Positions 21,721 to 35,000 of a stretch of 64,000 nucleotides of DNA are shown here, in pieces. The notes under the pieces are model-generated. The model did no database searches, had not been told where the DNA came from, and was given only the letters and a program-made list of their open reading frames with translations. Both the position numbers and the translations under genes were made by a program. This DNA comes from Mobula hypostoma (Eukaryota). Location of the stretch: assembly GCF_963921235.1 (NCBI RefSeq), contig NC_086097.1, positions 40,178,001 through 40,242,000 of the forward strand. Direction: 5' to 3'. Positions within the stretch are counted from its first letter, which is position 1; every line of letters begins with the position of its first letter.

Positions 21721-24700
21721 TCAGAAACTGGATAATTCTTGTGGCACTTAATGCGTAAAAAGGGCAGAATAGGATCCAATTTTTAAGTATATTTTTCATG
21801 GGAACAAATTTCTTCTTAGAGGGGAAATATCTTAAACATTGTTAATTTAGGTTGAAAACAGAAAATACTAAAAGTTCACGACAAAGGATGTAGAAAAGAG
21901 ATATTAACATTTTAGACAGTGTTAGGGAAATTAATTTGTTAAGGAAATTCAATTAAAGTTGTTCACAAATAAATTGTACATGGACTTCAAAGTGACTAGA
22001 GAATTCCTTTATTCATGAATAAGGGAAGAGTGGCTCACTAACAGTCTGATTGCCAGCTCTTCAAAAAAGCAATAGGCATAGCCTTGTTTATACATGCACA
22101 CACAAAGTCGATTAAATCAGCCGAAGTTAGAAAGAAATTCAATCTGTGTAACTTATCCCATTCTACAATGTTAGAGGCAGCCTGAACCACCATTTGTCTG
22201 CAACTCGCAGAGACAAGTTGTTATTCATCCTTGAAACTAAGATAAATTATTGCAAGCTTGCTGAGAACCCAAGGCTGAATGGTGAATTTTTATTTATGAT
22301 ACGATTGAAGGTTCATTAAATCTTTAAATCTGGTAAGTTCATTAAAGTACAAATGTTTAATTTGTTTTACATGTTACACCTGACAAGTGAAGGAAAATCA
22401 GGATACCCCTTAATGGTCAGAGACTTGACAGCCCACAGGGTCCTCCCCACAATTTATGACCTTCACTGTCTTCATCTTGTTTACATGGCTGTGTTATGCA
22501 CAAAAGCTCGGATATGGTTTGTTAATAAATGGAAGGTGCAGGGTGTTAGCAACTCAGATATTTTAACCCTGTATTCAGAATTTTCTTCCACAGATAGAGA
22601 CCCTTCCTCTGAGGTGGAAGCCATTAAAATTAAGGAATACCCTACATATCTAATAATCAATAAATTTAATTGCTAATGAACAAATATAGCGGTGCCCAAA
22701 TGGAGATCAGAAGCCTGAGGAGACATATTTTACTCAGGTTTGCTGATTGAGCAAAAAAGGCAGCAACACAGCAGTTTGGGCCAATCAGCATTCAGGATTG
22801 ATCGGCAAGAACAAATTAAACTAAGGCATGGGCAAGCAGAGCGTGGAGAGCTTCAGCTCTTAGAGGGTTCACCAAGGAGCTTTAGTAAGAGAAGGCAAAA
22901 ACGCTATAAGTAGAGTTTTTCCCCCACAATTTATTGTTTTTCCTTCTTTATAGTCGCTCAGTTAAGAACAGTAGAGGTGACAGACAGGATAGTGAAATGC
23001 TCCTCTTGCGTGATGTGGGAGGTCAAAGGGTCCTTCGGTGTCCTTGACAACTACATCTGCGAGAAATGCATCCAGCTGTAGCTTCTAGCACTCCGTATTA
23101 AGGGGTTGGAGCTGGAACTGGATGAACTTTGTATAATTTGGGAGGCTGAGGTGGTGATAGATAGGACATATGGAGAAGTAGTTAAAGTGCAGGACACAGG
23201 AGACTGATGAGAGTCAGGAAGGGGAAAGAGGTTAAGGAGCCAGTGCAGGCCATCCCCCTCAACAACAGATATCTCACTCTGGATACTGTTGGGGGGAGGA
23301 TGACCTAGGAGAGGAAAGCCATGATGGTCAGGTCTCAGGTCTCTGACACTGAGTCTGGCTCTATGGCTCAGAAGAAAAGGAGAGAGAAGAAGAAAGCTAT
23401 AGCAATGGGGATTCATTAGTTAGGAGAGCAGAAAGGAGGTTCTGTGGACAAGAATGAGATTCCCAGATGGTATATTGCCTCCTGGGTGCCAGGGTCTGGG
23501 ATATCTCAGATTGAGTCCTCAACATTCATAAATGGGAGGGTGAACAGACAGAGGTTGAGGTCCATGTAGGTACCAATGACATAGGTAGAAAGAGTGACAA
23601 GGTTCTGTAAAGTGATTTCAGGGTGTTAGGTGCTAAGTTAAAGAGCAGGACTGACAGAGTTATGATTTCAGGATTGCTACGCATGTCATATGCCAGTGAG
23701 GCCAGAAGTAGGAAGAGTATACAGCTTAAGACATGGCTAAGGAGTTGATGTAGGAAGGAGGACATGAGATTTTTGGATCACTGGGCTTTCTTCCAGGGAA
23801 GGTGGTACCTGTAGAGAAGAAATGGTTTGTACCTGAATTGGAAGGAGACTAATAGGAAGGTTTTCTAATGTTGCATGGGGGTGGGAGGGCATGGTTAAAA
23901 TAAAGTTGCAGGGGTATGGGAACCAGAGTGCCAGAACAGATAGTGGAGATGTTCTGGAGATAGATGTTATTAAGACTTCAGACAACATCAGGATTCAAAA
24001 TGTTAGGTATTCGCGACTAATGTCCTGAGTTGCATATTTTTCATTGCAAGAAATATCATAGGAAAGGCAGATGAGTTCAGGGCATGGATCAACAACTGGA
24101 ATTATGATATTGTAGCCGTTAGTGAGACAGTTACAGGAGGGACAGGACTGGCAGCTCGATACTTGGGGTTCTGTTGTTTTAGATGCGTCAGAGTGGGAGG
24201 GATTAAGGGAAGAGGGGTGGCATTACTAGTCAGGAAAATGTCAAGGCAGTGCTCAGTCAGGGCACACTGGAGAACTCGACTAGCAAAGTGTTATGGGTGG
24301 ACCTGAGTAATAAGAAAGGTATGTCCATGTTAATATGGCTACATTACAGACCACCCAACAGTCTGAGGAATATAGAGGAACAAATTTGCAGGGAGATCAC
24401 AGACTGTTGCCAGGAATTTAAAGTTGTTATAGTAGATGATTTTAACTTTCCACATATTGACTGGGACTCTCATACTGTAAAAAGATTAGATGGGATAGAG
24501 TTTGTCAAATGTGTTTAGGGAAGTTTTCTTAATCAGTTTAGAGAAATCTCAATGAGAGGTTTTGTGATGAATCCCCATCGTTATACCTTAATCTGCTATT
24601 CAGGGAATGAGTCAGGCCAGGCGACAGAAGTTTGTGTAGGTGAATACTTTGCATTTAGTGATCACAATGCCAATAGTTTCAAAGTAAATATGCAAATAAA

Positions 24701-25058
24701 AGGTCTGGTCCATGGGTTGAGATTTTTAAATTGAAGAAAAGCCACTTTTTTGATGTAATCAGAATAGATCTGGCAAGTGCGGATTGGGATAGGCTGATTT
24801 CAAGCAAAGGTGTACTTGGTAAGTGGAAGGCCTTCAAACGTGAATTTTTGAGAGTACAAAACTTGTATGTGCCTGCCAGAATAAAGGGTAAAGATAATAG
24901 GTTTAGGGAACCTTGGTTTTCAAGAGATATTGAGGTCCTGGCTAAGAAAAAAAGAGGTGCATTGCAAGTAGAGACAGGTAGGAACAAATGATGTGCTTAT
25001 GGAGTATAAGAAATGCAAGAGAATACTTAAGAAAGAAATCAGGATGGCTAAAAGAAAG

Positions 25059-26550
25059 AGTAACCCTCTCACCGGGCTTGTATGCAAACTTGGCTCATCA
25101 GCTAACTCATGTTAAGAGCCATGTGCCGCAGTGGTGGGAAGGCCACCTTTCATAAACAATATTGTCGATATGTTTTGGGATTCAGCCAAACAGGAACGTT
25201 GTGATGTTCCATTTAAAGGAACCTCTATTTGAGTGAATGCTGTTATTGGTAGCCCAGAAATATAATATCGTACACCAGCATAAAATTATAAAGAAAGTAT
25301 GTTTACCAAATTCCCTACTTTAACAAACAATTACAGATAAAGAAAACTAAAAGGACCCATTACAGCTAAGCCCATCCAGTGCGCACATAATGTTGCAGCT
25401 CATGGGGGGGTGTATCTCTTTACTCACGTGCTGGACCCACGGTCTGTGTGAAATCACCCACCACTTTCTGAACTTACCTCGAGGACCATCTCAAACAAAC
25501 TGGCCCTCTCTCAGGAGTGTTGGCCCTTCCTCCTTGAAGCCATTCGTCTGCACAAAGTACATTTTGCAATGGGGACTCTCCTTCCAATGGCATTCATTGG
25601 CATCTTCCTTGTGACCCGTTCTGCAGCTCCCGCCAAAAGACTCAAAATGATGGCGGAGGAGAAGATGGTGGCGTGACGGCGGTGTGCGCAGCCACTTCGG
25701 TGATGATATCTGTAATCTGTCAAGTAGGGGACCGTGCACAATTCTGATTTGATGGAGACAGATGTGAGAATATGGAGGAATATCTGGAAAACTTCTGAAT
25801 TGTCTGCTTTGCTGCCGCTGCTACTGTGTGGTAACTGGAATCTCCGGAGATGAAGGCCCTTGAAATCCTCGGCTTTGCGTGTTTCAGCGGCTGGGGTGAG
25901 GTTGAAGGCGCTCAGGAGACTGTATTGGAGAGGCTGGTCGGAAGCTCAAAGTTTTCGGATGGATGGACTCAGTGTCGTCCGTGGTCAGCTGCTTCCAAGG
26001 CATTGGCAAGTTGCTGGTGCCTGGAGGTTTATGGCAGGGAGCTCCTTCCTTTTGCCGCCTGCTATCAGGGACTCGGGAGTCGATCGACTCAGGGACTTTT
26101 GAGACTTTATTTACTGTGCCCATGGTTTGTTCTTCATCAAATTATGGTATTGCTTTGCACTGCTGTAACTATATGTTACAATTATGTGGTTCTGTCAGTG
26201 TTAGTCTTTGGTTTGTCCTGTTTTCTGTGATATCACTCTGGAGAAACATTGTATCATTTCTTAATGCATGTATGCATTTCTAAATGACGATAAAAGAGGA
26301 CTGAGTGTTCTTATAATCTAAAACCAAGCTACTGTCCTTCAGAAAACTCATCCCTCCAACTCTCTAGAACCTTCTCTTACAACCCAAAATCCTGTTTGGC
26401 TGGCACACATTCCTAAGTTGGACAACATGGCTCCTTATCTTTAGGTGAAGCCAAAACGCTCTTTCCAGCAAGGCACACTGCTTTTACAGAAAACTGCTAA
26501 AATAAATTACCTCACAGCATGGCAATAAAAATCTTAACCTGGGCATTACA
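25059..26550. mobile_element. Solo LTR (~820 bp net; Gypsy-like by its 4-bp TSD) inserted in CR1 ORF2
   Basis: Termini AGTAACCC (TG>AG) and GGGCATTACA form a short inverted repeat; TSD AAAG at 25055-25058 and 26551-26554; CR1 resumes in register (GCTAAAAGAAAG/CATGAG); no coding domain. Confidence 0.78.
25648..26319 (+). mobile_element. Non-autonomous retroposon, family X copy B, nested in the solo LTR
   Basis: Head GGAGGAGAAGATGGTGGCG at 25655; tail ...ATAAAAGAGGACTGAGTGTTCTTATAATCT; possible AAAA TSD. Confidence 0.88.
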
Positions 26551-28000
26551 AAAGCATGAGATTGCCTGAGCAGACAAGGTGAAGGAGAATCCTTAAGTAT
26601 TTTACAGATATGTTAAGAGCAAAAGAATTGCAAGGGGTAAAATTGGTCCTCTGGACAATCAGAAAGGTGATCAAAAGAGTTAAGAGAGATGGAGGAGATT
26701 TTAAATGAATTTTTTGCATCTGTATTTACACAGAAGATGGAGACAGAGCCTATAGAAGTGAGGATCAACTTCATGGACTCTATATAGATTACAGAGGAGG
26801 AGGTGGTTGATGTCTTGAGGCAAATTAGTGTAGATTAATCCCCTGGATCTGACAAGGTGTTCCCCTGGACTCTGCACGAGGGAAGTGGAGAAATTGCTGG
26901 GGCTCTAGCAGAGATATTGAAATCATCCTCAGTGACAGGTGAGGTGCTGGAGGATTGGAGGATAGTCACTGTTGTTCCACTGTTTAAGAAAGGCCCTAAA
27001 AATAAACCAGGAAATTATGAGCTGGTGAGCTAGATATCAGCAGTGGGAAAGTTATTGGAAGGTATTCTAAGGGAAAGGATAGTCAGTATGACTTTGTGCA
27101 TGGTAGTTCATATCTAATCAAACTTACAGAGTTTTTCGAGTCAGTTACCAGGAAAGCTGATAAAAGCAAGGCAATGGATGTCATCTACATGGACTTTACC
27201 AAGGCATTTGGCCATGTCCTACATGGGAGGTTGGTCAAGAAAGTTCAGTCACTCAGCATTCAAGATGAGGTAGTAAGTTGGATTAGACATTGGCTTTGTG
27301 GGAGAAGCCAAAGACTGATAGTAGTTGGTTGCTTCTCTGACTGGAGACCTGTGACCAGTGGAGTGCCACAGGGATTGGAGCAGGGTCTATTATTGATTGT
27401 TATCTACATCAACGATCTGGATAATAACATGGTAAACTGGATCAGCAAATTTGTGGATGAGCCAAGGTTGGGAGTGTGGTGGATAGCAAGGAAGACAATC
27501 ATAGCTTGCTGCGGGACTTGGACCAGTTGAAAAAATGGGTTGGAAAACGGCAGAAGGAATTTAATGTAAATAAGGGTGAGGTGTTGCACTTGGGTATGAT
27601 TGACCAGGGTAGGTCTTACTCTGTTACTGATGATACAGCTTTGACCTCAGATTATCCAATGCTTCTCCATTTTGTCTTATCTGTGGCCATCTTGACACTG
27701 ATAGCTCCACTGTCACTTTAGATTTCCTCCTATAATTCTTTCCTCAGACTCTGGTAGTTCATCATGAAGAAATAAAATAGCCTATAAAGTAAAAGCAGTT
27801 AAAACAATAATTAATAAACAATAATTAATAAACAACAATTCTGAAGAAGAAATTAATATTATAGAAAGTGTCTGACCCTTGTGCATCTCCAATATATTTC
27901 AATTTATTTTCAATTATGTAGCTTTTTTATTTTTATTTATACAAACAACTGCTTTCACATTAAAAATGGAACAGAATGCAGTAATACATTTTCAAGCCCA

Positions 28001-28060
28001 CAGCATTAGTATTAATATTAGCATTATTAGTATTGTTATTAGCATTAGTATTTGTATTAG
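28001..28060 (+). repeat. Degenerate (ATTAGY)n simple repeat
   Basis: CAGCATTAGTATTAATATTAGCATTATTAGTATTGTTATTAGCATTAG; explains the ISIN/ISII-rich ORF. Confidence 0.75.
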
Positions 28061-28158
28061 CCTGTTGTGAGGTATTAGTCCCAAATACCTCAGAGACACG
28101 GCATAACAGAGATAGAGAGGGTTATGCCTAGAGATTCACTGGTATCATCTTTTGGGGA

Positions 28159-28497
28159 TTAGAAACTATAGAAACCATAGAAACTACAACACAGAAACAG
28201 GCCTTTTGGCCTTTCTTGGCTGCGCCGAACCATTTTCTGCCTAGTCCCACTGACCTGCACACGGACCATATCCCTCCATACACCTCCCATCCATGTATCT
28301 GTCCAATTTATTCTTAAATGTTAAAAAAGAACCCGCATTTACCACCTCGTCTGGCAGCTCATTCCATACTCCCAGCACTCTCTGTGTGAAGAAGCCCCCC
28401 CTAATGTTCTCTTTAAACTTACCCCCCCCCCCCACCCTTAACCCATGTCCTCTGGTTTTTTTCTCCCCTTGCCTCAGTGGAAAAAGCCTGCTTGCAT
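28159..28497 (-). mobile_element. Young CR1 3' fragment
   Basis: GGFFTQRVLGVWNELPDEVVNAGS...GYGPCAGQWD*; tail TAGAAACTATAGAAACCATAGAAAC on the plus strand. Confidence 0.92.
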
Positions 28498-28844
28498 TAA
28501 TTACAACACGTAATTTTTAAAAAGATTGCAAAGTTTGTTAGTGCTGGTTGAAATATAGCATTTTCAGATTCCCAGTGCAGCATTATTCTGGTTCAGCTAA
28601 CATTACAAGTCAAATCTTTTGGACACATATTGAGAGTTCAACAGTGAAGCCCACAAGATCTCCAGCATTCTGCCAGCTACCAAAGACTGCTTTTCATTTC
28701 ATCTCTGGCTACTGTAGTGACTCCTGAGGTCAGGCAGAGTGTTCCAAGTTTACTAACAGGGAGGCTTGTTGATGACTTGACCCACGGGAGGGATGTCCTC
28801 TGTTTCAAGGGATTATCCAATACATGAAGATGCCAAACACATAC

Positions 28845-29835
28845 TGCAAATTAGGAGCATGAAGAGCAACTCAGTCACTCAAGCCTGGTCTGCCATTTAA
28901 TAAAATCATAGCTGATTTTATTATAACCTTCTGTCTACACATCGAGTCACGCTGCATGGATCTGGGCTCTTTGGCTCACTAATTTTGCACAACATCAAGC
29001 ACCCATTTGAACCATGCTTCACTGATCCCATAAACTCAAGCCATGGTAACATTCCACTCCCTTGCATGTCAAGAATCAATTGACCTCTGCCCTAAAGATA
29101 TTCAAAAACTCAGCTTCATCCAGAATCTCTCAAAGTGCTCCAAAGGCTCACAACTCTCCGACAAAACATAATATCCTATCTTTGTTTTAAATGACTAAAC
29201 CCTTATTTCTGAGCAGTGAATCCTTATTCTAGAGAATGAATAGAAGAGATCACTGCTGGTGTAGAACGTGGTGTGCAGAGGGAGTCAGGGAGGATGTGGA
29301 GAATGGGCATTGACATTGTGGTTGCAGAGGTAAAATGTGACGAGGGAGTGGGGTGAGATGATAGTCCAGGGGTAGATTATGTGTGGGTAAAAAAGGGATT
29401 GTGATCTTGCACCAGAGGTTAATTTGGTGGCTACGGAGTTATATGATGACAGAAGGATGTGGTGAGCTAGTGGCATGACAGTCAGAAGTAGAAGTAGGTC
29501 ATTTGGTTCTCATGCCTGTTCCACTATTCAGGTAAGTTTATTAGCCTGGCTCCACTTTCCTGCAATAGCTCCACACCCCTTGATTCCCTTCCTGTCTTAA
29601 TCCATTTCTGTCTTGAATACACTTAGTGACTTGGCTGCCGTAATTCATTTGGGTTGAGAGGTCCAAAGATTCACACCCTCTGGATGAAGAAAGTGACTAT
29701 GATTTTGAGACAGCTACCATAGTGCTGGGGAAACAACAATTTTGCATCCACCTTGGTAAAATCCTTCATAATTTTGCAGCTTTCATTGAGTCTCCTTTCA
29801 TTACTGTAGCATAGGGCTTGTCTGTTTAATCTCTC
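28845..29835 (-). mobile_element. Two very old CR1 3' fragments (~28845-29235 and ~29485-29835)
   Basis: TAGGAGCATGAAGAGCAACTCAGTCACTCAAGCCTG...; AGAAGTAGAAGTAGGTCATTTGG...TCCAAAGATTCACACCCTCTGGATGAAGAA. Confidence 0.6.
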
Positions 29836-30329
29836 CTTAAATGAAAGCCAAAAAACAGATTTCTGTCTGTAGCATTGGTGTCACCTCCTGTCTGTTTTTG
29901 AGGCAGTAATTGGTTTGTGACTTAAACCTCAAATGTACACAGCAATCCTCAGAGCAATCTGCTGATGATCCAGTGAAACATGCCTACAGGTAAATGACTA
30001 CACCAGCCCGCTAAAACTGAAGTAGCCTTGGAGTTGGGAAGTCTCATTTTTAATGTAAAGTTCCCAGCCCGAGAATGTATGTATCTCTTCCATTTTCCCG
30101 TCTAGTTCTGTGCCAGCTTTTTGATACAGTTTTAATGTAATAAAGTCATAATTTCTGAATTACACTCCAGATGGTCAAACATAATTTCAGTGGTTGCAAT
30201 GGAAATGTTTTCTTTGGTTTTACGTTACAAACCAGTTTCAATGGAATAACATCAGCTTCATTCCAAATACAGAAATACAATCTACACCCTGCTCAGATTA
30301 AGCCAACCACATAGAGCATAATCTTCAGA

Positions 30330-30595
30330 TGTTCCGCAGGTGTGGCCACTACTCTGCAAGTGACTGCGGGAAACTGCAGAGAGCTGTGGGCACAGCTCAG
30401 CACTTCACAGGAACCATCCTCCCCTCTATGGACTCTGTCCATACCTCACACTGCCTCCGTAAAGTAGCCAGCCTAATCAAAGACCCCATCCATCCCAGAT
30501 ATTCTTTTGTCTTCCCTCTCCCATCAGGCAAAGGATATAAATCATGAAAGCATGTCTCTTAAGGCTTAAGGAGTCTTGAATGAGTCTCTTGTACA
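30330..30595 (+). mobile_element. Rex1/Babar C-terminal fragment
   Basis: DCGKLQRAVGTAQHFTG...IKDPIHP...LPSGKGY parallels DRKKLQKIVNTAQRIT...IKDTTHP...LPSGRRL at 57796-58431. Confidence 0.85.
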
Positions 30596-30629
30596 ATAAG
30601 AGTGAGATTGTGATCATAATTAGAATGAT

Positions 30630-31020
30630 TAAAAGTTTGAAGTTCAAAGTAATTTATTATCAAAGTATGTATATATTATACAACCTTGAGATCCATCTCC
30701 TTACAGGCAGCCACAAAACAAAGAAAGCCTGCAGAACCCATTTAAAAAGACCATTAAAGACCTGCACACACAAAATGCTGGAGGAACTATGGAAAAAGGT
30801 ATATTTGACATTTCGGGCTGAAACCCTTCGCAGGGCAGTCCATTTATGGACCTTTTTTCCATCGATGCTGCCTGGCCTGCCGAGTTCCTTCATCATTTTG
30901 TGTGTGTTACTTAGATTTCCAGCATCTGCAGATTTTCTCTTGTTTGTTGTTAAACACTCAATGTGCAGAAGAAAATCCTGCCAACAATAAAAGTAAGCAA
31001 ATAACATTCAATACTGAAAT
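30630..31020 (-). mobile_element. 3' fragment related to the 10125-11077 retroposon, split by a Penelope-like insertion
   Basis: TTCAAAGTAATTTATTATCAAAGTATGTATATATTATACAACCTTGAG...ACAGGCAGCCACAAA matches 10132-10230. Confidence 0.75.
30765..30946. mobile_element. Older inverted Penelope-like terminal insertion
   Basis: Left CACACACAAAATGCTGGAGGAACT versus right AGTTCCTTCATCATTTTGTGTGTG; decayed minus-strand hammerhead GACATTTCGGGCTGAAACCCTTCGCAGG. Confidence 0.8.
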
Positions 31021-31749
31021 TCAGCTTAAATCATGAGGTGTGAGATATTTGTTGTAGGAATTGAGTGTGGGACTGCAGTAAGACAGTGGCCACAAGGTTA
31101 TTGTCTTGTCAGGGCTAGGAAACAGTGCTCATATGAGTAGAGTGTGGTCAGTTTCTGTAATGTTGGTAGAGTATTGTTGGAGGAAAAGCTGTTATTCTTT
31201 ATGATTGAGTTGCAGCTAGTGCTTGGGATGGCAGTCACAGCAGTAATGGGGTAGCTAGAGTGACCCCATTGACTGTGGAACATGGGAGGGAACTGGCGAT
31301 AATGGAGGTGGGTATCAGGCAGCACACAAGACGTGTGTTCTCTTTGGACACTCACATTGGTACTGCCTTACAATAAATGGCACCATCCCCTCTCACCTAC
31401 TTTTCCTTTAAGGTTTTCTCCAAGTTTAGAAAATACCGTCACCATGGGTTCAGCAGAAGTTCATGAAAATGTAAACTTTCATTGACTGACTTGCAGGTTG
31501 AACACTCCACCTAAACCCCAGCTCAGTCTTTATAATAGGAAATGACTGCTGCCTTTGACACCAGATAGGCTGGTTTCCGATATGAAAAATTCTAATGTTA
31601 ACCTGTCATTTGTTATTATGGTGGGTGGGGATAGAACCATAACCATTCTCATGGTGGCGAAGGACAAAATGTTTGGACTCACAGTGAATTTCAACTTTTT
31701 CAGTTGAGCTGCTATGCTGGGACTACATTTAATTTTAAACTTCTTCGTG

Positions 31750-32030
31750 TCATGGAGAGGCAGAGCACAGAAACATGCCCTTTGCCCCACCAAGATTATG
31801 CTGCCTATCAACTACCCATTTACACTATTCCCACATTAATCCAATTATTTTTTATTCTCATTAACTCCACTCAGACTCTGCCACTCAGTAGAGCTAGTTT
31901 ACAGTGGCCATTTCATCTACCAAACCATGTCTTTGGGGATGTTCAAACTCAACATCGGCAGCATCTGAGGTCACAATTGAACCTGGTCTCTGGCAGTGTA
32001 AGACAGCTGCTCTACCACCTGCACCATTGA
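31750..32030 (-). mobile_element. HE1-like SINE, internally deleted
   Basis: AGCACAGAAACATGCCCTTTGCCCCACC tail...GAGGTCACAATTGAACCTGGTCTCTGGCAGTGTAAGACAGC head; matches 62160-62460. Confidence 0.75.
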
Positions 32031-35000
32031 GCTGACTTTAAAATTTCTTTTGATGGGGGAGAAATGCTGAGGATTATATCTGTTTTTTTCCCAAGGGGAT
32101 AGTTTAAATCACATAGTCTACAGCGAGAAAAACTGGTGATTTAGCATGGTCTGGCTCTTCAAAAGTTTAAGCTGTGTGACAGCACAGATACGAGTCAGAT
32201 TAACATATGGAAAGCTGAAAAATAATGGACTCTTCCAATCTAGGCTTCTTGCTCTCTTGTCACTTCCTTCATTCCAAGCCCCTGCACCCACTATTCTAGA
32301 ATTTTCTTGCTTAGCGACTCATTACCTCTTACACCTCCCTTAAGATGAAACAAGAGTCTGTCTTGTATCTGAAGCTTCAAGCACGCTGACAAGAGAGTGT
32401 TTTTGGAGTTCAAGAGAAGATGTTCTGACGCTGTACATCAGACTAAGGAAGGTCAAGTGCCGATGATTGTTTGGATATGTGCTGATGCTGCTCCTGTATT
32501 GGCACAGAGGCTCACAAGACCCACTCGTACTACGGTGGGAAGTAAACCTAACATTCAGTTCATGACTGTTACATGAATTCATCCATCAAAATAAACACAG
32601 GAGAATTGCTGAGCAAATCACAAATTAACTTGAGAGTTGTCAAATACTTGCTGAATTTAATGAAAAGCTTTCTGGTCAAAATCAGTCCATACTCAAGCAC
32701 CAACCAAAGGATAGTCTGTGCATTTTAGATGTAATGACCTATTATTTTGCTGTCTTGACATGTTTTTCAAACTCACCGAATTAATAGATTAAATGCTTCT
32801 CAGGTCATTCTGAACTTTGCATCTTTAGCTCATCAGTCGAGTGAATCGGCGATAAGGCTCCAATAATGAAAGAAATCAATTCTTCACAGACCTCCTTTTG
32901 GAAGGGTGTTACTTGTCTGCTTCCATGGGGAAAGTTAATTGCAGAATATGCAGCAATTTGCTTCCATTTACTGACAGGTTGTCAATTTTGACAGAGAGCT
33001 AATTAATCAATTTCAGGATTTGCTAAAGAATTTTTACTGTTCCTGTTGATTTTAAGCCCTCAAATGACATTATTCCCCCCACCTCCTTGCCCGAATCAAA
33101 TTTTACTTGGAATATTTATTGATGCTGATGAACGAGCTTGGCTCCAGAGTTTGATGCACTGTATTATTCTATCCATTTATTCTTTGTATTATGCCTTAGT
33201 GATCACACTGACAGCGACCCCTCTTCATTTACAGCAAGTCATATCATTATAATGATAGTGATTTTTTTTGCCATCAATCATGGAATATAAAGATCTAATT
33301 AGCAAAATAAGCACAAAATATATCTTTTATTGCAATCTATCTGTTTCAAATTGAAAGTGATATTAAGCAACGGACAGGTAATCATTAAATGAAACATAGA
33401 AAATGATGTCATCTATCTTTAATTCAATCTTTAGCCATCTGGGATGAAATAATTTAAGGTTTCATTGTGTATTTACTGCTTGAGTCCAAAGTAACAATTT
33501 AAGCTTAGTTATTGAGATGATACTTTATATTTCAAAAGAACAGAGCAGTGGGTGTTAAACAACTGGACAGGATTTGTACAGGTGTTCCCGGTCACTTTTT
33601 AAACAGATATCTTGAGCAATGTTTTAGCACGAATGTACCAGGGCTACAAGTCCTGACTTGATATATAACATTAAATGTTTTAATGAATTTACAAATTTGG
33701 TGTCATAGTTAATGATAGGTAGAGAATGCATTAATTTAATTCTATAGAAGTTCACGGCTTTATGGAAAAATGTGTAGGAAGTATCAGCATTGATTAGGGA
33801 ATGCTTCAATGGTACCTTTAAGTTTGTGACCTCCATTACCAGAAGAACAAGATCCATAGGAAACATCATCCTTTCCAAATTCCTCTTTGATAGACTGGTC
33901 AAATTTTGGTGGACATGGTGGATGGAGTGGATAACAACCAAGATCTCTTGGTGACCACCCATTTCAATTCTACTTCATGGCCTGTAATGAGCTCTTCAGG
34001 CCTGTAGAGAGCATCAAGATTTTTAGAGCACCTGAACTGGTTATTTGTTGTTTAATGAGAGTTGTTAACTATTTAGAGGTCCTTGTGTTTTTATCGAGCA
34101 ACTCACTCTTTGTAATGGTCTCTGGTGCTTGCTGTTTAAGCTTGTTAAGTTGTTTTTGATAGGTTCAGGTGTTACTGATATTATTTAAGCAGATACTTGA
34201 TTAGTGCTAATTGCAGGGTCCTAGTTTTAAGGATGTTACCTTCATTGCCATCTCTATGTCAAAGTCTGTCTTTCCTTTGCACTTGGGTTCTGATATTATG
34301 AGTACACATCATGACAGAAGGACCCAGTAAAATAATGGACCCAGCCGGGGTTGAACAGTGGCATTTTGACATTGGTTGGCTTTAGGTGAGAATGGCATTT
34401 ATTCTCAAGTCCACATTCTGAGTTTCTGTCTAAGTTTATGTCTGAGTTTATGTCTGAGTGTCTCAAGTCCACATTTCTAAATCCATATTCTGAGCTTCTT
34501 TAGTTTATGTTGTGAGTTCCTCTGGTCTCCGTTCAAAGCTTTCAGAGTCCTGTGACTCAGGTCTGCATAATAATTGAGAGCTTCAGGAAAATTTAATGAT
34601 AAAGTTCATTTGATTGAACAAATACAATAGCATAAATTTTGGAAGAACTTGCCTGTTCCTGATGTTCCTTGCAAGTAATAGTATGTTTTTGTTAAGATCA
34701 AATCAACGTTTGGAAGGACCCTATCGGGAATAATTGAAATAAGCTTGCATGCTAATAACTGCAGTGAGATGGACTAACGTTTTACAATACATAATTCCCG
34801 TCTGTCTGCTCTGATGAGTGACGCTGATGGTAACAAATGCTCCAGTGTACAAGTGTCTCCTGAAACAGTAATTTGAGTTTTCAATCCTGAAGAGCCTTGC
34901 TCCAAAAGCTGATCCTTGGCTGGAGTATGTAAATGCACAAGGAACCCTATCAAGGGTAAGCCACCTTGTATTTAACCTCCTGATGAAAATCATGGGACAG

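Larger units (their letters stand above)
22680..27620 (+). mobile_element. CR1 with 5' UTR, ORF1 and most of ORF2; 3' end missing; interrupted by a solo LTR
   Basis: ORF1 CSSC...CEKC zinc finger and GDSLVR / VHVGTND SGNH-esterase motifs; endonuclease YRPPNS; RT DFTKAFG, GVPQG, YINDLD; heavily decayed; 5' boundary approximate. Confidence 0.92.

Noticed and set aside
25850..26283. Overlapping ORFs in family X copies (also 21163-21494 and 35910-36478)
   Set aside because: Frames, starts and stops are not shared among the three copies; expected by chance in GC-rich DNA.
34805..34875. CTGATGA...GAAAC hammerhead-like words
   Set aside because: No stem I, II or III pairing.
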